A DNA stretch of 64,000 nt, taken from the IMG/VR virus record IMGVR_UViG_3300025728_000009, positions 27,286-91,285 of that record, one strand, 5' to 3'. This document shows positions 9,101 to 17,943 of the stretch, one piece after another. Below the pieces are notes generated by a model. The model was not told where the DNA came from. It was given only the letters and a program-made list of their open reading frames with translations, and made no database searches. A program made the translations under genes and the position numbers. How positions within the stretch are numbered: position 1 is the first letter of the stretch; every line of letters begins with the position of its first letter. The stretch comes from a virus.

Positions 9101-9361
9101 ATGAATCACGAAGACGTAGATTATCCAGAGTATCACTACCAAGGCATGGGTTGTGGCCTTGAGGATCGTGGAATTACAGATCGTTATGAAGCTATGCAGT
9201 ATGGTTGGGATGAGGCTATTGAGCGGTGTGCTGCTGAGGTTGTTGAGCCTTTATTGGAATTGATTAGGGTCCAAGAGATTAACAATATCGAAGCAAACAC
9301 AGCGATTCGTGCTGAGCGGGATTACTACAAAGCGGCTTTTGAAGAGGTGTTGAATAAATGA
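9101..9361 (+). CDS. hypothetical phage protein
   Basis: ORF; GGAG SD. Confidence 0.75.
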   Translation: MNHEDVDYPEYHYQGMGCGLEDRGITDRYEAMQYGWDEAIERCAAEVVEPLLELIRVQEINNIEANTAIRAERDYYKAAFEEVLNK

Positions 9362-9582
9362 AACCAGACGGAAGCTTGACAGAATTAGAAATGTGGTCAT
9401 ACTGGCGGGATGATAAAGGTCACACTTATGCATTGGAATCTCAGTATGCTGATTTATTGCATGAGGATTTTATTCTTAAGAATTGTATGTTTCAGATTGC
9501 AATGGCTAAGAAGATGATTGATGAGCGTATGCAGCAACTGGCTGAGACTGAAAATAAACTGAATGGTTGGGAGGATTACTAA
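9358..9582 (+). CDS. hypothetical protein
   Basis: ATGA overlap. Confidence 0.65.
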   Translation: MKPDGSLTELEMWSYWRDDKGHTYALESQYADLLHEDFILKNCMFQIAMAKKMIDERMQQLAETENKLNGWEDY

Positions 9583-9583
9583 T

Positions 9584-9805
9584 ATGAACGATGTAGTAGG
9601 CTATGAAGTGGTGCTATTCCAACCAGAACAAGACGGCATTGCAATCTTCCATAGCACATCCTTGGAAGAATGTAAAGATTTTGCAACCAAAGAACGAGAG
9701 CAATTTAACACTTTTGTTGAGAATGGTTTTCCTGTAGAGTCATTGCCAGAGTTTGTGGTAGTGGCTTATTATAGTGATCAGAGTTCTGAGTGTTTGGAGG
9801 ATTGA
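9584..9805 (+). CDS. hypothetical protein
   Basis: start moved to MNDVV behind GGAGG SD. Confidence 0.65.
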   Translation: MNDVVGYEVVLFQPEQDGIAIFHSTSLEECKDFATKEREQFNTFVENGFPVESLPEFVVVAYYSDQSSECLED

Positions 9806-9990
9806 TGATGAGTATCGAAGACGTTACAGAAGACCGTAAAGCAATCCTAGCCTGTGAGCTAGAACAGTACATTAGTCGTTTCCTTGATAAACAATGGACA
9901 GTGAGCGATGCTATTGATATGATCACTGAAGATGACGATGAGAAACGATTCTTGCAATCTGCTGGGTATGACTTTAAGGTGTACTACTAA
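9805..9990 (+). CDS. hypothetical protein
   Basis: start at TGATG overlap; GGAGG SD. Confidence 0.6.
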   Translation: MMSIEDVTEDRKAILACELEQYISRFLDKQWTVSDAIDMITEDDDEKRFLQSAGYDFKVYY

Positions 9991-10253
9991 TGGCTATGTT
10001 CAACATTGCGAAAAACTACAGGCAGCATTCCCCAGAAGAGTTGAGGGATATGGCCTATCGCGGGATTCTTGAGGCTAATGGTCTTGACCTCGGGGACTTC
10101 TTAGAATACATCTTTCAAGACTTCTACACTCAGCAAGATATTGACAAGATAGTAAAAGAAGCTGTAGAAGAAGATCGTGATTCGTATTCACGAGTGGAGA
10201 GTCTTAAACAGAATATTCGTGAGGCTATTGAGATTCTGAAAGATAGTCTGTAG
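9990..10253 (+). CDS. hypothetical protein
   Basis: TAATG overlap. Confidence 0.7.
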   Translation: MAMFNIAKNYRQHSPEELRDMAYRGILEANGLDLGDFLEYIFQDFYTQQDIDKIVKEAVEEDRDSYSRVESLKQNIREAIEILKDSL

Positions 10254-10370
10254 GATTAGAGGTTGTGGCGAAGAATATTGATTAGGAGATTGGTGTGAGT
10301 GGGCGAAACAAGTTCGCTGTCATTCAATCGCCATTGGGCTTTAAGATCAAAAACTAAATTGGAGAGTAGC

Positions 10371-12017
10371 TTGTCCTATTTCAAAAAGCTAAAGGAGCGA
10401 GAAGTGGAAGTTTTTAATAAAGAAACAGTTGATGACGTTAAGAAGTATACGTCTGTAGATGCACCTGAGCGTGGTATTCGTAAAGCTACACTTGAGCGAT
10501 TCGGCGTTAAGGTTGCACTGTCTGAGAAAGATGGTAAGACACCAGAAGCTTTCTACTTCCCTTCATACAATCAGAAAGGGAAAGTTGTAGGCTACACAAA
10601 ACAAGATGTAACTAAAGGAAAGGATGAGAAAGGCCATTGGACGGCTGTTGGCAGCGTTTCTATTGGCAATAAGTTGTTTGGCCAAGAAGTTGCTGAAAAC
10701 ACTAACCGCAAGCGTACCAATCTGATTACGACCGAAGGCCAATGGGACTGTCTTAGTGTATGGCAAGCAGCAGTGGAGAACGTAAAAGGTACGAAGTTTG
10801 AAGGTCTTGAACCACTAGTTGTCTCTATTCCGCTTGGCACTGCTAACGCTGTAGAAGCTTTGCTTCACAACGAGGAATACGTAAAGAGCCATGATTCTTT
10901 GACTATTTTCTTTGATGATGATTACTGCACACCAGCAGAGACAAAGAAAGGGGTTATGAAGGGCCACGAAGCTCGTGAAGCTGTTGCTAGTGCATTAGTA
11001 GGTTCAGGGCTGTCTTTGATGACGGTAGTTCCGGCTGATGGCTTTAAGGATGCTTCTGATTACTTGCAAGCTAATCGTTCTGAAGATTTGGCTAAACTTA
11101 TTCAGTTTGGTAAACGTGCATACTCTGCTGAAAAGATTGTTAAAGCATCTGACATTAGTATTGAGGAATTGCTTGAGCCACGTCCCGAGGGCGTGTACGT
11201 TAACGAGTTTCCAAAGTTGATGGATAAACTGCATGGTTTTCGTATGCGTGAACTTGTACTATTGACAAGTCCTAGTGGTGTGGGCAAATCCACTGTGACA
11301 TCCATTTTTGCTAGTTCTTTTATGGAATCTGGTGAAAAGCTTGGAATGATCTATCTGGAAGAATCAAACAAAGAGACAATGCAACGACTGATTGCAGCTA
11401 AACTGAAAGTAAGTTATCTGAAGTTTAAAGATAAACCTCTTGAGTGTGCAACACTGGAGCAGATCACACAGGCTCGAAATGAAATTGTAGATAATGATTT
11501 GCTTGTTATGTTAGGCCACTTTGGCAGTTTGCCAGTTAGTGAACTGATGAACAAAGTAAAACATATGCACTTGGTTGAAGGTTGTAAATACATTCTTATT
11601 GACCACTTGAGTATGGTTGTATCTGGGAGTCATGTAACAGATGAACGCAAAGAATTGGATATTGTAATGACTGAGTTGGCAGCATTCTGTGCTGCAAATG
11701 ATGTTTGTGTGATTGCAGTATCTCACATTAACCGAAGTGCAGCAGAGCAATTCAAAGCACCGAAAGGTAATGAAGACAAACCGTTTTGGGTTAAGGTGAC
11801 AAAGGAAATGATGCGTGGTAGTGCGGCTCTTGAACAATTGAGCTTTGTTATCATTGGTTTGGAACCACAGATTATGCCAGACCGCTCACGCGGTAATGTT
11901 CGACTAACTGTTCTGAAGAATCGACCTTGGAGTTACTTGGGAGTTGCGGATGAATTTACTATTGATGAAAACACTTGGGCAGTATTGCTTGCTCAGGAAG
12001 TTCCAGATGATTTTTGA
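10371..12017 (+). CDS. T7 gp4-like DNA primase-helicase (TOPRIM + SF4 helicase), no N-terminal Zn finger
   Basis: ITTEGQWD, FFDDD, KDASDY (TOPRIM); SPSGVGKST, LIDHL, VSHINR, MRGSAALEQ (helicase); SD-backed starts TTG 10371 or GTG 10404. Confidence 0.92.
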   Translation: MSYFKKLKEREVEVFNKETVDDVKKYTSVDAPERGIRKATLERFGVKVALSEKDGKTPEAFYFPSYNQKGKVVGYTKQDVTKGKDEKGHWTAVGSVSIGNKLFGQEVAENTNRKRTNLITTEGQWDCLSVWQAAVENVKGTKFEGLEPLVVSIPLGTANAVEALLHNEEYVKSHDSLTIFFDDDYCTPAETKKGVMKGHEAREAVASALVGSGLSLMTVVPADGFKDASDYLQANRSEDLAKLIQFGKRAYSAEKIVKASDISIEELLEPRPEGVYVNEFPKLMDKLHGFRMRELVLLTSPSGVGKSTVTSIFASSFMESGEKLGMIYLEESNKETMQRLIAAKLKVSYLKFKDKPLECATLEQITQARNEIVDNDLLVMLGHFGSLPVSELMNKVKHMHLVEGCKYILIDHLSMVVSGSHVTDERKELDIVMTELAAFCAANDVCVIAVSHINRSAAEQFKAPKGNEDKPFWVKVTKEMMRGSAALEQLSFVIIGLEPQIMPDRSRGNVRLTVLKNRPWSYLGVADEFTIDENTWAVLLAQEVPDDF

Positions 12018-12026
12018 GGATCAAAA

Positions 12027-12668
12027 ATGGCTGAAGATTTAAGCGGAAGAAAATATAATCGTTGGACTATAATTAGCCTTGCAGAGCGGAAAGGAAATCG
12101 GGCATATTGGAATTGTATATGTGATTGTGGGAAAGAAAAAGTAGTCCGTGGGGATCAAATCAAAGATGGTCGCTCACAGTCTTGTGGTTGCCTCAGAGCT
12201 GAACGCTCCTACAGGACACATGGAATGTGGAAGAGTAAGATTTACAGGGTTTGGGGCTCAATGGTTTCAAGAACTACAAATCCAAACGATCCAGCGTGGC
12301 CCTACTACGGTGGAATTGGTTGTGGATTAGACCAAGAGGAATGGAAGCAATTTGAAAATTTCTACAGGGATATGGGAGAAAGCTATAAAGAAGGGTTGAC
12401 TTTAGAACGAGAAGATCCTAAACTTGGTTACTCAAAAGAGAACTGTGTTTGGGAAACATGGAAAGTTCAAAGTTTCAACAAGAAAATGGATAAACGTAAT
12501 AAATCTGGACGTACTGGTGTTGTGCTTATTGAGGCTACTGGTAAATGGAAAGCACGTATAGGTTTTGAAGGTAAAGACATCAATTTAGGTTACTATGCAA
12601 CCTTCGAAGAGGCTTGTGCTGCAAGAGCCGAAGGTGAGCTTAAATATTTTGGAAGAACAAAGGAGTAA
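12027..12668 (+). CDS. free-standing HNH-family homing endonuclease with AP2-like C-terminus
   Basis: WNCICDCG...SCGC; YYGG.G; TLERED...YSKENCVW; SGRTGV...W.A.I...LG.Y.TFEEA..AR. Confidence 0.85.
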   Translation: MAEDLSGRKYNRWTIISLAERKGNRAYWNCICDCGKEKVVRGDQIKDGRSQSCGCLRAERSYRTHGMWKSKIYRVWGSMVSRTTNPNDPAWPYYGGIGCGLDQEEWKQFENFYRDMGESYKEGLTLEREDPKLGYSKENCVWETWKVQSFNKKMDKRNKSGRTGVVLIEATGKWKARIGFEGKDINLGYYATFEEACAARAEGELKYFGRTKE

Positions 12669-12671
12669 AAA

Positions 12672-15110
12672 GTGGATATTACTTGGGACCGGGAAACAAC
12701 AGGTCTTTTGAATCAAGAGGCTATCGATTACACCACCAGCCCATTCAAGCTGAAAGAGACTTTCAAGACTCATTGCACTGTTGTGGAAGAACATCAGACT
12801 GGTAAGATTATTGCCTTCTATGATGGTCCTGAATATACTCTTGATGGTCGCCGTTACGAAGAGGTGATTGAAGGGCAGACTTACATTCTTGAAAATTACC
12901 AACCGATTGAGTTTGAGAAACGATCTATTGCTGAGTTTAAGGATTACGTCCTAAACAACCCACTACATAAAGTGGTGGCTCACAACCAGATCAACTTTGA
13001 CTTAATGGTTGGTAAGATTGAAGAAGATATGGACTTCACCATTGAACAAGATACTTGGTGTGGTAAGCCTGTATTGTTTGAGGATACACTTGTAATCAGT
13101 AAAGCGCTCAACCCAGATCGTCTTGGTGGTCACAGCTTGGATTCCTTGTCTGAGAAGGCTGGACTTCGTAAGTATTCGTTTCGTAAACACATGCATGAGT
13201 CTATTCGATTCAAGCACTTTGCAGCGGACATGCTATTTTATTGCATCATCGACGTGCTGGCTAATACCAAAGTTTACAAGATGTTGGAAGTTGAGAAAGG
13301 TGATTGGGATTGGTCAGACGCTATTAGCCTTGAGAAGGCTGTTGCTGAGATTATCACTCGACAGGAACACCGAGGGTTTGACTTCAAGACAGAACGAGCT
13401 ATTGAACTTGTTCGAGATTTGGATATCAAACTTGAGGCTTTGCGTAGTGAAGTAGAACCTGTGTTGCCGCCTAAGCCTTTGGCAAAGACACGAATGGACT
13501 TCTACACACCTAGTGAAAAGCAGTTCAAGAAGTCGGGCGAACTGAATGAAAACATTAAGAAGTTTGTAGCTAAACACGAAGGAACAATCAGCGAAGATAA
13601 TGTTGCAACAATATTTGGTAAAGAATACTCTCTGCCAATGCCTGCTGTACCATTGTTGACAGAAGTTCCGTCTACTTTGAAAGACACGACTCACATTAAA
13701 GAGTGGTTGGTTTCTAAGTTTGGCTGGAATCCCTCAGCATGGAAAGAGCGGGATTTGACGTGTGATGCAAAGAAGAATCGTCTTACACAAGAAAAGTTTG
13801 AAGCTGCTGTAGATCGGTATGTTGACCAAACATTAGCAAGTCCTTTTTGCAAGTATCGTCTTGAACACCTTAACCTTAATAAGAACAATATTAAGGCAAA
13901 GTTATTGGCAAAAGGTTGTGCTAAAAGCTTCAAAGTTCTAACCAACCCCACACTGACGGTAGGACAGGAGAAAGAGATTTGCCCCGGACTTATTGCGCTA
14001 GAAAGTAGCTTTCCACACGCAAGAAAGCTTGCTGACTTCCTTACTTATAGTCACCGCCGTAATAGCATTCTTGGTGGTGGTTATGATCCAGAAGAGGATG
14101 ATGAGGAGTTTGAAAGCGGGTTTATGCCGAACGTGAGGGAAGATGGACGTATTCCAACACCAGCAGATACTTGCGGGGCTGGGACCAGCAGATTCAAGCA
14201 TCGTTTAGTAGCCAACATTCCTCGTAATTCCTCGCTTTATGGCGAAGAAATGCGTAGTTTGTTTGGTGTTGGTAAAGGATATGTACAACTTGGTTACGAT
14301 TTCGACTCGTTAGAAGCAAAAATAGAAAGCTCGTATGTTTTTCGTTATAAGGGCGGACCTGAGTACGGTATCAGTCTCACAGCAGAGAAGCCGAATGACT
14401 GTCACTCTGTACTAGCACGGAGGATTACTGAGATTATCGGTAAGGAGTTTCCTCGTGGAAGTGCAAAATCTGTTAAATACGGTTGCAGTTACAACGCACA
14501 GGTTGCCCGAGTAGCTAAAATTGTTGGCTGTGATCTTGAAACAGCTCAAATCATCTTTGATGAATTTTGGACTTTGGCTAACCCTCTCAAAGAACTCAAA
14601 GATCGTATGCAACAATATTGGGAAACAACAGGACAGAAGAAGTTCCTTCTTGGGATTGATAAGCGTAAACTTCCAATTCGCTCAAAAGGCAATGTGATCA
14701 ACAGTGCCTTCCAGTCAGCAGGCGTAATTTGTGCAAAACGAGCGATGGTTATTCATGATCGCAAGCTTAAAGCCGAAGGAATGTCTGTAGATTTCTTTAA
14801 GGATGATTGGAAGAACAAGAAATATTGCCAGCAAATGATTGCTTACCACGATGAGGCACAATTAGAGTTGACACGAGAGCTGGTTAAGTTTAAACTCTTT
14901 GACACAGAGAAAGAAGCGAAGGAATTTTCTGAAGAAGGAAAAATCTGGAGCGATGTTGGACATGCAAAAGACGGACGTTTCTTCCGTTCATGGTGTCGAG
15001 CAGGTGAACTTGCAGCAGAATCTGTAAAAGAAGCTGGACAATACTATAAATTGAACGTAGAATTGACAGCAGGCTATGTGATTGGAAGCGGATGGGATAA
15101 TTGTCACTAA
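12672..15110 (+). CDS. polA: family A DNA polymerase with 3'-5' exonuclease domain
   Basis: ExoI DRETTG, ExoII HNQINFD, ExoIII YCIIDV; motif A DFDSLE, motif B RGSAKSVKYGCSY, motif C YHDE. Confidence 0.95.
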   Translation: MDITWDRETTGLLNQEAIDYTTSPFKLKETFKTHCTVVEEHQTGKIIAFYDGPEYTLDGRRYEEVIEGQTYILENYQPIEFEKRSIAEFKDYVLNNPLHKVVAHNQINFDLMVGKIEEDMDFTIEQDTWCGKPVLFEDTLVISKALNPDRLGGHSLDSLSEKAGLRKYSFRKHMHESIRFKHFAADMLFYCIIDVLANTKVYKMLEVEKGDWDWSDAISLEKAVAEIITRQEHRGFDFKTERAIELVRDLDIKLEALRSEVEPVLPPKPLAKTRMDFYTPSEKQFKKSGELNENIKKFVAKHEGTISEDNVATIFGKEYSLPMPAVPLLTEVPSTLKDTTHIKEWLVSKFGWNPSAWKERDLTCDAKKNRLTQEKFEAAVDRYVDQTLASPFCKYRLEHLNLNKNNIKAKLLAKGCAKSFKVLTNPTLTVGQEKEICPGLIALESSFPHARKLADFLTYSHRRNSILGGGYDPEEDDEEFESGFMPNVREDGRIPTPADTCGAGTSRFKHRLVANIPRNSSLYGEEMRSLFGVGKGYVQLGYDFDSLEAKIESSYVFRYKGGPEYGISLTAEKPNDCHSVLARRITEIIGKEFPRGSAKSVKYGCSYNAQVARVAKIVGCDLETAQIIFDEFWTLANPLKELKDRMQQYWETTGQKKFLLGIDKRKLPIRSKGNVINSAFQSAGVICAKRAMVIHDRKLKAEGMSVDFFKDDWKNKKYCQQMIAYHDEAQLELTRELVKFKLFDTEKEAKEFSEEGKIWSDVGHAKDGRFFRSWCRAGELAAESVKEAGQYYKLNVELTAGYVIGSGWDNCH

Positions 15111-15180
15111 ACCAAAATATCGCTTGTAATGTCTGAATAAACGTGTCAGAATAGATGCAATCAAAAATAAATGAGGAGAG

Positions 15181-15648
15181 ATGATGAAAGAGCTTGTAGG
15201 TAAGACAATCAAAGAAATATATGTCAATGAAGATCAATCTCTGTTGAAATTCGTCACGGATCAAGTCGAATTGATTTACGAAACCGAAGGTGACTGTTGT
15301 TCTGAGACATGGTTTGCTGATATCATCTTCAATTGGAAATTCTTCACAACACCAGTTACGGATGTTACCGAACTAGATGTACCTGATTGGCTAGACCGTC
15401 TAATTAATAAAGACGGACGTACTCGACAAGAGTTTGATCAACTGTATGGCTACAATATCAAAGCTAATATCGTTGGCGGTAATGCTTACTACGGTAACAA
15501 TGGCACAAGCTGTGATATCATCTTCCGTAACTCAAGCAACGGTTATTACGGCGGCAGTTGTGACTTGATGAATCAGACTTCTAAATGGGGCCAAGAGAAG
15601 CTTGAGAAAGCTGAGTGGACACAAATCACTGAAGATTGGCAAGCATAA
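15181..15648 (+). CDS. hypothetical phage protein
   Basis: GDCCSETW and RNSSNGYYGG motifs; GAGGAG SD. Confidence 0.8.
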   Translation: MMKELVGKTIKEIYVNEDQSLLKFVTDQVELIYETEGDCCSETWFADIIFNWKFFTTPVTDVTELDVPDWLDRLINKDGRTRQEFDQLYGYNIKANIVGGNAYYGNNGTSCDIIFRNSSNGYYGGSCDLMNQTSKWGQEKLEKAEWTQITEDWQA

Positions 15649-15673
15649 ATTAATTTAAACTGGGAGAAACAAA

Positions 15674-15847
15674 ATGATTACAAAGTTCAACTACACCATT
15701 CAAAATGAAGATCAAATCTTCTGCGACAATATCGACTCACGACATTCTGCACGCAACCGTCTACGGGAAGTTAAGTCTCTCGGATTCAAGACAGCTAAGA
15801 TTGTCCGAGAAGAATTTGTTAAGATCAGTGAGAAGGTGGTTCGGTAA
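15674..15847 (+). CDS. 57-aa hypothetical protein (absent from ORF track)
   Basis: GGGAG SD; MITKFNYTIQNEDQ...EKVVR; next ATG 1 nt after stop. Confidence 0.65.
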   Translation: MITKFNYTIQNEDQIFCDNIDSRHSARNRLREVKSLGFKTAKIVREEFVKISEKVVR

Positions 15848-15848
15848 G

Positions 15849-16031
15849 ATGGGCAGCATCAAGACCAAAGAAACAGAAAGTATTAACGGAATGGTTGTAG
15901 TTATTGAATATGAATTCTCTGACTACAAAGATTACCTTGACTTGCTTGAGCGACGTAGTAATATGCTGAAGGATGCTATTGACTCAGGTATTATGAATGT
16001 TAATGTAAAGAAACGGGAGACGAAACATTGA
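15849..16031 (+). CDS. hypothetical protein
   Basis: true start MGSIKT inside track ORF 15705..16031. Confidence 0.55.
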   Translation: MGSIKTKETESINGMVVVIEYEFSDYKDYLDLLERRSNMLKDAIDSGIMNVNVKKRETKH

Positions 16032-16237
16032 GTAAAAGTAAATCTGTAAGCTTCCCAATCTTCGGAATTCTAGGTCTGATCTTTGTAACACTGAAGTTGG
16101 CTGAGATTGGAACTGTAGCAACATGGAGCTGGCTTTGGGTATTGAGTCCATTTTGGTTGCCACTTGCTGTAGTCCTAGCTATTGCAGCCGTTGTTGGGCT
16201 GATTGCAATTACGATTGCATATTTGGATAAGAAGTAA
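16028..16237 (+). CDS. small membrane protein
   Basis: LIFVTLKL...WSWLWVLSPFWLP, two hydrophobic helices. Confidence 0.8.
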   Translation: MSKSKSVSFPIFGILGLIFVTLKLAEIGTVATWSWLWVLSPFWLPLAVVLAIAAVVGLIAITIAYLDKK

Positions 16238-16335
16238 ATAAAGAATTTGTCGGAAGGCAGATAATGATTCGTAAGAATCAATCCCTCACAATATTGTGAA
16301 CTAAATAATATACACAACTAAATAGAGAAAATTAA

Positions 16336-17037
16336 ATGACTACGCAAGTAAGCACTTCTGTAATTGTAAAGCAACTCCCTAAGTCTGGTACTTTGGAAAC
16401 CTTCAACGTTTATGTATTGAACGCTCCTGTGTTCTATGCTGCTGTACATACTCCGAAATCTAAGTACCAGAGCACAGACAAAGAGTTTAGTCTGACAGCG
16501 TTTGTGGATGAAGCAACTAAGGACAAATTGCTGGATGAAGTGATGTTGAATAAAGGCTTTGCACTTGTAGGCAAGGACAAGACAACTAAGCCACCACGCC
16601 GCATCAAATATCCTTTGTCTAAGGACGTTGAGGAGGGTAAGACCAACTACGATGTTGTAGAAGGTATGTACGGTTTTGGTTTGGCTAAGCCTGAGTTCAG
16701 CAAGAAAGGGAACGCTATGTCTGTAAATGTTATTGACAAAGAAGGTCAAGCGTTCACTCAGGATATTGGTAACGGTTCTGTTTGTACTCTGAAACTGTTC
16801 GGCTATCGTAATCCTGAAGGTCAACTGACTGTTACACTGGATACTGTTCAAGTTGTTGAGCACATTCCATATGAAAGTAAAGGTGGTGACGGTAATGTTG
16901 TGGACGATGTACTTGGTACTTATGCAGTGAAAAAGGTTGAGGCTAAACCTGCTGAAGAGGAAGCTCCAGCACCAAAGCCTAAAGCTGCAAAACAACCTGA
17001 ACCAGGAGAGTTTGACGAAGAACAATTGCCGTTCTGA
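16336..17037 (+). CDS. T7 gp2.5-like single-stranded DNA-binding protein
   Basis: IGNGS.C.L...L..VQV core; acidic tail ending in F (EFDEEQLPF); replication-module context. Confidence 0.75.
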   Translation: MTTQVSTSVIVKQLPKSGTLETFNVYVLNAPVFYAAVHTPKSKYQSTDKEFSLTAFVDEATKDKLLDEVMLNKGFALVGKDKTTKPPRRIKYPLSKDVEEGKTNYDVVEGMYGFGLAKPEFSKKGNAMSVNVIDKEGQAFTQDIGNGSVCTLKLFGYRNPEGQLTVTLDTVQVVEHIPYESKGGDGNVVDDVLGTYAVKKVEAKPAEEEAPAPKPKAAKQPEPGEFDEEQLPF

Positions 17038-17085
17038 TCTAACATTAAGGCTCAAGGATGGGCCACTTATTTAAGGAGAATAAAC

Positions 17086-17319
17086 ATGGGTGAAGGTAAT
17101 CTAAACCTCACACTTGAAGAGATTCAAGCACTACAAAAGATTCTTGGGTTTGTTCTGTATCACACAAGCGAGGAGTTGTATTCAGTAGCTGGTAAACTTG
17201 AGAAGTTGAGTAACCCAGACGAAGTTAACTATGACTCTGTTGTGTTTTATAAGAATGATGATTCAGGTAGTCCAAGTAAAGAATATCAACATCGTAACTT
17301 TTCGATTGCAATTAAATAA
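17086..17319 (+). CDS. hypothetical protein
   Basis: AAGGAG SD. Confidence 0.7.
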   Translation: MGEGNLNLTLEEIQALQKILGFVLYHTSEELYSVAGKLEKLSNPDEVNYDSVVFYKNDDSGSPSKEYQHRNFSIAIK

Positions 17320-17332
17320 TTAGGAGATTCAC

Positions 17333-17581
17333 ATGAAAGAACGTCAATCGCTTTATGATCGTGCATACCAATTGGCTCAAGAAGCAATCACCAACAAAGA
17401 AGATGTAAAAGAGCTTGCTGGTGAATTTACATACGACAAAGAATATAACACGGACGGTTTTGATAAAGCTGAAGTGAAGAATATTGTTAAGGCAGCTCAA
17501 GCAAAAGCTAAGCAAGACAATCTTGCAGAGAAAGTTGAAGAGTTGAATAAACTTCAACAGATTCAGGAAGCTTATAGCTGA
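17333..17581 (+). CDS. GapR/DUF2312- or T4 DsbA-like dsDNA-binding protein
   Basis: helical 82 aa; EDVKEL..E...GFDK..VK.IVK pattern. Confidence 0.5.
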   Translation: MKERQSLYDRAYQLAQEAITNKEDVKELAGEFTYDKEYNTDGFDKAEVKNIVKAAQAKAKQDNLAEKVEELNKLQQIQEAYS

Positions 17582-17594
17582 GTAATTTAATATT

Positions 17595-17617
17595 GAGGGC
17601 GAAAGCCCTCTTTGTTT
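17595..17617 (+). terminator. intrinsic terminator
   Basis: GAGGGC-GAAA-GCCCTC-TTTGTTT. Confidence 0.8.
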
Positions 17618-17631
17618 AAGAGGAGATTAAA

Positions 17632-17943
17632 ATGAATAATCTTTATAGTTTTTACGTTGATTGTGGTCGTATGGGCAGCCTGGATGGTTTGTTTATTGCT
17701 ACACAGGAAGAAGTAGATAAAGCCATCGGTAAAGAGATGTACTTTGGTGAAGTTCTAGGTAAACACTCTGATGTACAAGGAACGCTAGAAGCTCATGAGA
17801 TTAAGCTAGTATCCCGCGATCAGGATAAAGTTGAGTGGCTGCTTGATTTACTTGGTGAAAATGTAAGCGGTTTTAATCCTCTGGACTATATCCAAGATTC
17901 TGATGAGGATGACGAAGAAGAGGAATATGAGGATGACGAGTAA
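17632..17943 (+). CDS. hypothetical phage protein with acidic tail
   Basis: DCGRMGSLDGLF...FGEVLGKHS; GAGGAG SD. Confidence 0.8.
   Translation: MNNLYSFYVDCGRMGSLDGLFIATQEEVDKAIGKEMYFGEVLGKHSDVQGTLEAHEIKLVSRDQDKVEWLLDLLGENVSGFNPLDYIQDSDEDDEEEEYEDDE

Noticed and set aside
15705-15848. 5' extension of the 108-aa ORF
   Set aside because: Better explained by an SD-backed 57-aa ORF in another frame plus a start at 15849
16318-17055. 245-aa minus ORF and similar antisense ORFs (6033, 29403, 36234, 47916, 55158)
   Set aside because: Lie opposite well-supported genes and show no protein motifs
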